A DNA stretch of 63,870 bases, counting the filler. It is 9 parts of 9 records of this genome, joined end to end, with 100 filler letters (N's around TTAATTAATTAA, not from the genome) between each part and the next. Parts side by side here need not be neighbours in the genome. Positions count along the whole stretch, not along the records: positions 57,632 to 63,870 come from SRR31147125_24009; 8 more parts are not named here. One strand, written 5' to 3'. Of the stretch, positions 60,182 to 63,870 are shown in pieces (within the stretch, counting starts at the first letter, position 1; every line of letters starts with the position of its first letter). The translations under genes and the position numbers were made by a program. The notes below the pieces were generated by a model. That model did no database searches, was not told the DNA's origin, and saw only the letters and a program-made list of their open reading frames with translations.

Positions 60182-61899
60182 ATGAGAATATTAAACATTT
60201 CATTAGAGAATTACAGAAACTTAAATAATGTAGAAATACATTTTGATGCTACTTGCAATTTCATCGTAGGTGAAAACAACTTGGGTAAGTCAAACATTCT
60301 AAATCTGATTAACACAGTATTTACACGTAGAGCGTTTTGGATTGACGATTTTAAGGATAAATCATTACCCATACACATTGAACTTAGTTTACAATTAGAA
60401 GTTGTCGAAATAGGTCATTTTGAAGATTTATTTGACCTTGAAGATTATTCAAAGATAAATATTGTTTGTAAACAACACTCACCAGATGATAACCTTGAGT
60501 ACTATCACAAGGAGACAGAAACCTATATTGCTCCACCATTAATAAAGTGTTTAAATTTTATATTTTACGATTCCTTGAGAAACCCTATTGCTGAGATCAA
60601 TTTTGATAAAGGTCGTGGTGTTGGACGCTTTTTAACTAATATTGTAAAAAGATATTTAAGTGAAAAAGAGTTAAATACAGAAAATCTAATCGACGGAACT
60701 GAAATTGAAGGGTTAATAACTGATTTAAATTCAAAACTCTATAAAATTAAGGCTTTTAAGGATTATAATGTTTCTGCAAGTGTTGAAAATGAAATCGAAC
60801 ATTTGATTCCAAAACTAATATCTCTTAAAGACAATAAAGGGGGTACTCTATCGAAGTGTGGATATGGAGTTCAGTTTTTATTATTAGTTACACTTTCTAT
60901 TTTAGATAAACTTCAAACAATTACAGAGCAAAGGGGAGAAAGAGGTGTGTTTGAGGATGAAGAATCAGGTGAAAAATCTATTTCAATAGTACTAGGTCTT
61001 GATGAACCTGAAATTCATTTACATCCATACATGCAACGTTCATTAGTTAAATATCTTAATCGGGTAATCAATAATGAAAATGAGGATTTCGCATTTTTGG
61101 TTAAAGAACTCTTTGGAATAGATAAATTTATTGGTCAGGTTATTATTGCAACACATTCTCCCAATATAATTTTAAATGATTACAAACAGATTGTAAGAAT
61201 ATATAAAGAAGAGGAAAGTATTGAAATTATATCTGGAAGTAATATTAATTTGGGTGAACAATTAAACAAACATCTATTTCTTCATTTTCCATTTATTAAA
61301 GAAGCCTTTTTTCTCGATGTGCAATTTTTGTGGAAGGTGATTCAGAATATGGCAGTTTTCCTTTTTTTGGAGAAAAATTAGCTGTTGATTTTGATGATTT
61401 AGGAATTACCGTGATACAAGCTGGAGGTGATTCTGTAAAGCAACTTATACAGATTGCTGAGAAGTTTGGTATTCCATGTATTGGGATTAACGATAGCGAT
61501 GGAGATAATAGTCCGACAGGAATAGATAATCTGTTAAAAACGAATGAATGTGATTTTGAGGCAGAATTAATGTTCTTGATTGACATTGAAAAAGAATCCG
61601 TTTTGGAAGATATCGTTTGCGAATATGACTCATTAAAAACAGAACGTGAACTTGATATTAAAGCAATAAATAAACGGGCTTTCAAAAAATATGGTTTCTT
61701 GCCCTCGCCTATCGAAAAGAAACTCAAATTATCTGAGATTGAAAAAACAGACCATGTCCATTTAAAAGCATTTTATTCAACCTGGTTTGCAATAAATAAA
61801 TCTCAAACATTAGCTCGATTCATCGGATTGAAATTAGATAATAATGAAATACCTGAAGTTTATAAGAATTTGATTGTTCAGGCAAAAGATATGTGCTAA
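60182..61899 (+). CDS. gajA: OLD-family ATP-dependent nuclease (ABC ATPase + TOPRIM), Gabija GajA-like; T-run frameshift near 61307-61312
   Basis: GENNLGKS, GYGVQ, LDEPEIHLHP, ATHSP; adding one T gives EAFFSRCAIFVEGDSE and the DxD motif NDSD. Confidence 0.82.
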
Positions 61900-63671
61900 T
61901 GGAAAATTCTACACTTGAATTAATAAAAACTAGAATAAAGGAAAAGCACCAAGGTGATGAAAAACAACTTGATGTTATATTCTCTCCTGAAAAAAGAATT
62001 TTAGTAGAAGCTCCTGCTGGCTATGGGAAAACTCATACGATGGTAAGTCGCATTGCATATTTGATTGCAAGCAATCAAATTCCATCACCTAAAAGACTTC
62101 TAGCTTTAACGTTTAGTGTGAATGCTGCATACAAAATCAAAAAAGATGTTAGCAAAAACATTCCTGCAATTCTTGATGGTGTTGGCAAAGAAATTAATAT
62201 AAGGGAAAAATCTTATGTCTCAAATTATCATGGGTTTTGCAGAACAATATTAAAGAAATATGGGCAAAAATTACATTCTAGCTTATTGAGCTTAGATACA
62301 TTACAATCAATTGATGATAATGATACAAGCAAATTAATGCAGACATTTAAGAATCTGTCACTTAAAGATGCAGAACTATTATCAGAATTTAATATTTCTG
62401 TAAAAAATATAAAAGGAAAAAAGCTTAATGAAAAGATTGATAGATACAACGAAATTGTAATTTCTGAGTTGTTACCAAAAGGGGCAATTCCTTTTAATGG
62501 TATATTGACTTTGACTCTAAAGCTATTCAAAGATTTTCCGAATATACTCTCGTTTTATCAAAATTATTATACTACAGTACTCGTTGATGAATTTCAAGAC
62601 ACGAACATACTTAGCTATTGGTTATTACACTTTTTAGTAATTGATAAGACCAATGTAATATTTTTAGGAGATTCACTTCAAAGAATATACGGCTTTATTG
62701 GGGCAATACCCAATTTATTAACCCATGCTAAAGATAAATTTAATCTAAATGTCATTACCTTAGATAAGAATTATCGTTTTGCATCTAATCCCAATATGCT
62801 TCAACTAGATAAAATCATAAGACAAAATGCATTAACACCCTTTGCTAATCCGAACTCTTTAAAATCAGAAATTGAGTTTTCTATATACGATGAACAGAGT
62901 ATTGAAGCTTTGGAAGTTGTAAAAAAGACACTTAAAACACTACAAGCTGACAAAGAATCAAATTTATCTATTCTTGTAAAACAGAGAGGGCCAAATATTG
63001 ATTTTATAATTGAAACATTCAAGCACAATAAGATTCCTTTTTTCTACGGTCTTTTTACTGATGAGGATGCTAACTACATAAACTTTAACCGTAAGTGCTT
63101 GTATGAATTTATTGAATTAATAAAAGACAGGAAGAGAGTTACTAAAAAATTAGGTAAAGCCCATTCGAAAAAAATTAGAGAAATCTTTACCGATAATAAT
63201 ACTGCCTTGATTCAAGCAATGTTTGAATTATTAGATGTTTTCTGGTTACGCCTATTTATGGACTATTCCTTCTTAACTGATGAAGACAGGATAAATTTAG
63301 TAAAGGATACATTTGAGCATAATGGATTAAAACAGTTTATGGAATTTCTTGATTCCAAGATTATTATTTCAACTGTACATGCAGCAAAAGGTCTTGAATG
63401 GGATTATGTTATTTTGCCTGATATGGAGCAGGATTTATTTCCAAATTGGTTTGGCTTATGTGGTAAATGTAAAAGTAAGCAGGATTGTAATATTATTGTT
63501 GATAAGGACAATGAGAATAAGTTCCTAGAAGAATTGAGTATTTTTTATGTGGCTGTTACAAGAGCAAGAAAAAAGGTGTCTTTCAGTGCTAGTGAAATTC
63601 AACTAACGAAATATAATCCTAAGAAAAAATATAAGTTGTTTTATGAAATTACCAGGATTGGAGTTTTTTAA
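61899..63671 (+). CDS. gajB: UvrD/PcrA-like SF1 helicase, Gabija GajB-like; true end may be 63675
   Basis: APAGYGKT, LTFSVNAA, VDEFQDT, GDSLQRIYGF, NYRF, TVHAAKGLEWD, YVAVTRARK; TAATG overlap with the OLD gene. Confidence 0.82.
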   Translation: MENSTLELIKTRIKEKHQGDEKQLDVIFSPEKRILVEAPAGYGKTHTMVSRIAYLIASNQIPSPKRLLALTFSVNAAYKIKKDVSKNIPAILDGVGKEINIREKSYVSNYHGFCRTILKKYGQKLHSSLLSLDTLQSIDDNDTSKLMQTFKNLSLKDAELLSEFNISVKNIKGKKLNEKIDRYNEIVISELLPKGAIPFNGILTLTLKLFKDFPNILSFYQNYYTTVLVDEFQDTNILSYWLLHFLVIDKTNVIFLGDSLQRIYGFIGAIPNLLTHAKDKFNLNVITLDKNYRFASNPNMLQLDKIIRQNALTPFANPNSLKSEIEFSIYDEQSIEALEVVKKTLKTLQADKESNLSILVKQRGPNIDFIIETFKHNKIPFFYGLFTDEDANYINFNRKCLYEFIELIKDRKRVTKKLGKAHSKKIREIFTDNNTALIQAMFELLDVFWLRLFMDYSFLTDEDRINLVKDTFEHNGLKQFMEFLDSKIIISTVHAAKGLEWDYVILPDMEQDLFPNWFGLCGKCKSKQDCNIIVDKDNENKFLEELSIFYVAVTRARKKVSFSASEIQLTKYNPKKKYKLFYEITRIGVF

Positions 63672-63870
63672 CTAGATACGTGTCGTTCTAGTTAACAAAT
63701 CAATATTTAAGTATCTCAATAACACATGGATCGTAAAACATGAACATACTAAAAAAGGATGGAATATCACCTACCTCATTTATACCATTCCAACAAAAAA
63801 ATAACCAAATCCAACCAACTCTAGCAAATCATAACCAAACACAACCAATCCGTAACCATAGTCCTGCTAT

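Noticed and set aside
61307-61330. Split ATPase + separate TOPRIM gene (PARIS-like two-gene arrangement)
   Set aside because: Adding one T restores the continuous EAFFSRCAIFVEGDSE junction typical of single-chain OLD proteins.

Overview
This window is not one locus. It is nine unrelated contigs joined by eight identical 100-bp spacers (N44-TTAATTAATTAA-N44), and it carries many single-base homopolymer indels that split real genes. (1) 1-7268: origin region, probably Desulfuromonadales-like, gyrA-gyrB-recF-dnaN-oriC-dnaA/rpmH. (2) 7369-12823: Bacteroidota FecR-SusC-SusD. (3) 12924-19570: gamma-glutamylcyclotransferase/amidoligase-like fusion, isocitrate dehydrogenase-family gene, acnA. (4) 19671-30272: Bacteroidota sulfatase, TPR-LuxR, fabI, yidC, pyrG, hypotheticals, flavodoxin. 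(5) 30373-39591: two head-to-head APC permease-PTS EIIA paralogs plus AraC and a SurE-GPH-GH3 operon. (6) 39692-44850: Moco/Tuco-type riboswitch upstream of a TauE/SafE gene and mobA, PAS-LuxR, receiver, MCP. (7) 44951-51045: multi-SBP sensor, PIN-PhoH, PTS IIB. (8) 51146-57531: hybrid kinase, a LolA-like/YidD-like/TPR/TPR operon, ychF. (9) 57632-63870: defence operon with an unknown partial protein, an M.RsrI-like and an M.EcoRI-like methyltransferase in tandem, and a Gabija-like OLD nuclease plus UvrD helicase. The best candidates for something new are the contig 9 defence operon, the exported YidD-like operon, the GGCT-amidoligase fusion and the P3-less Moco RNA. Family calls come from motif recognition and recall; no database searches were run.
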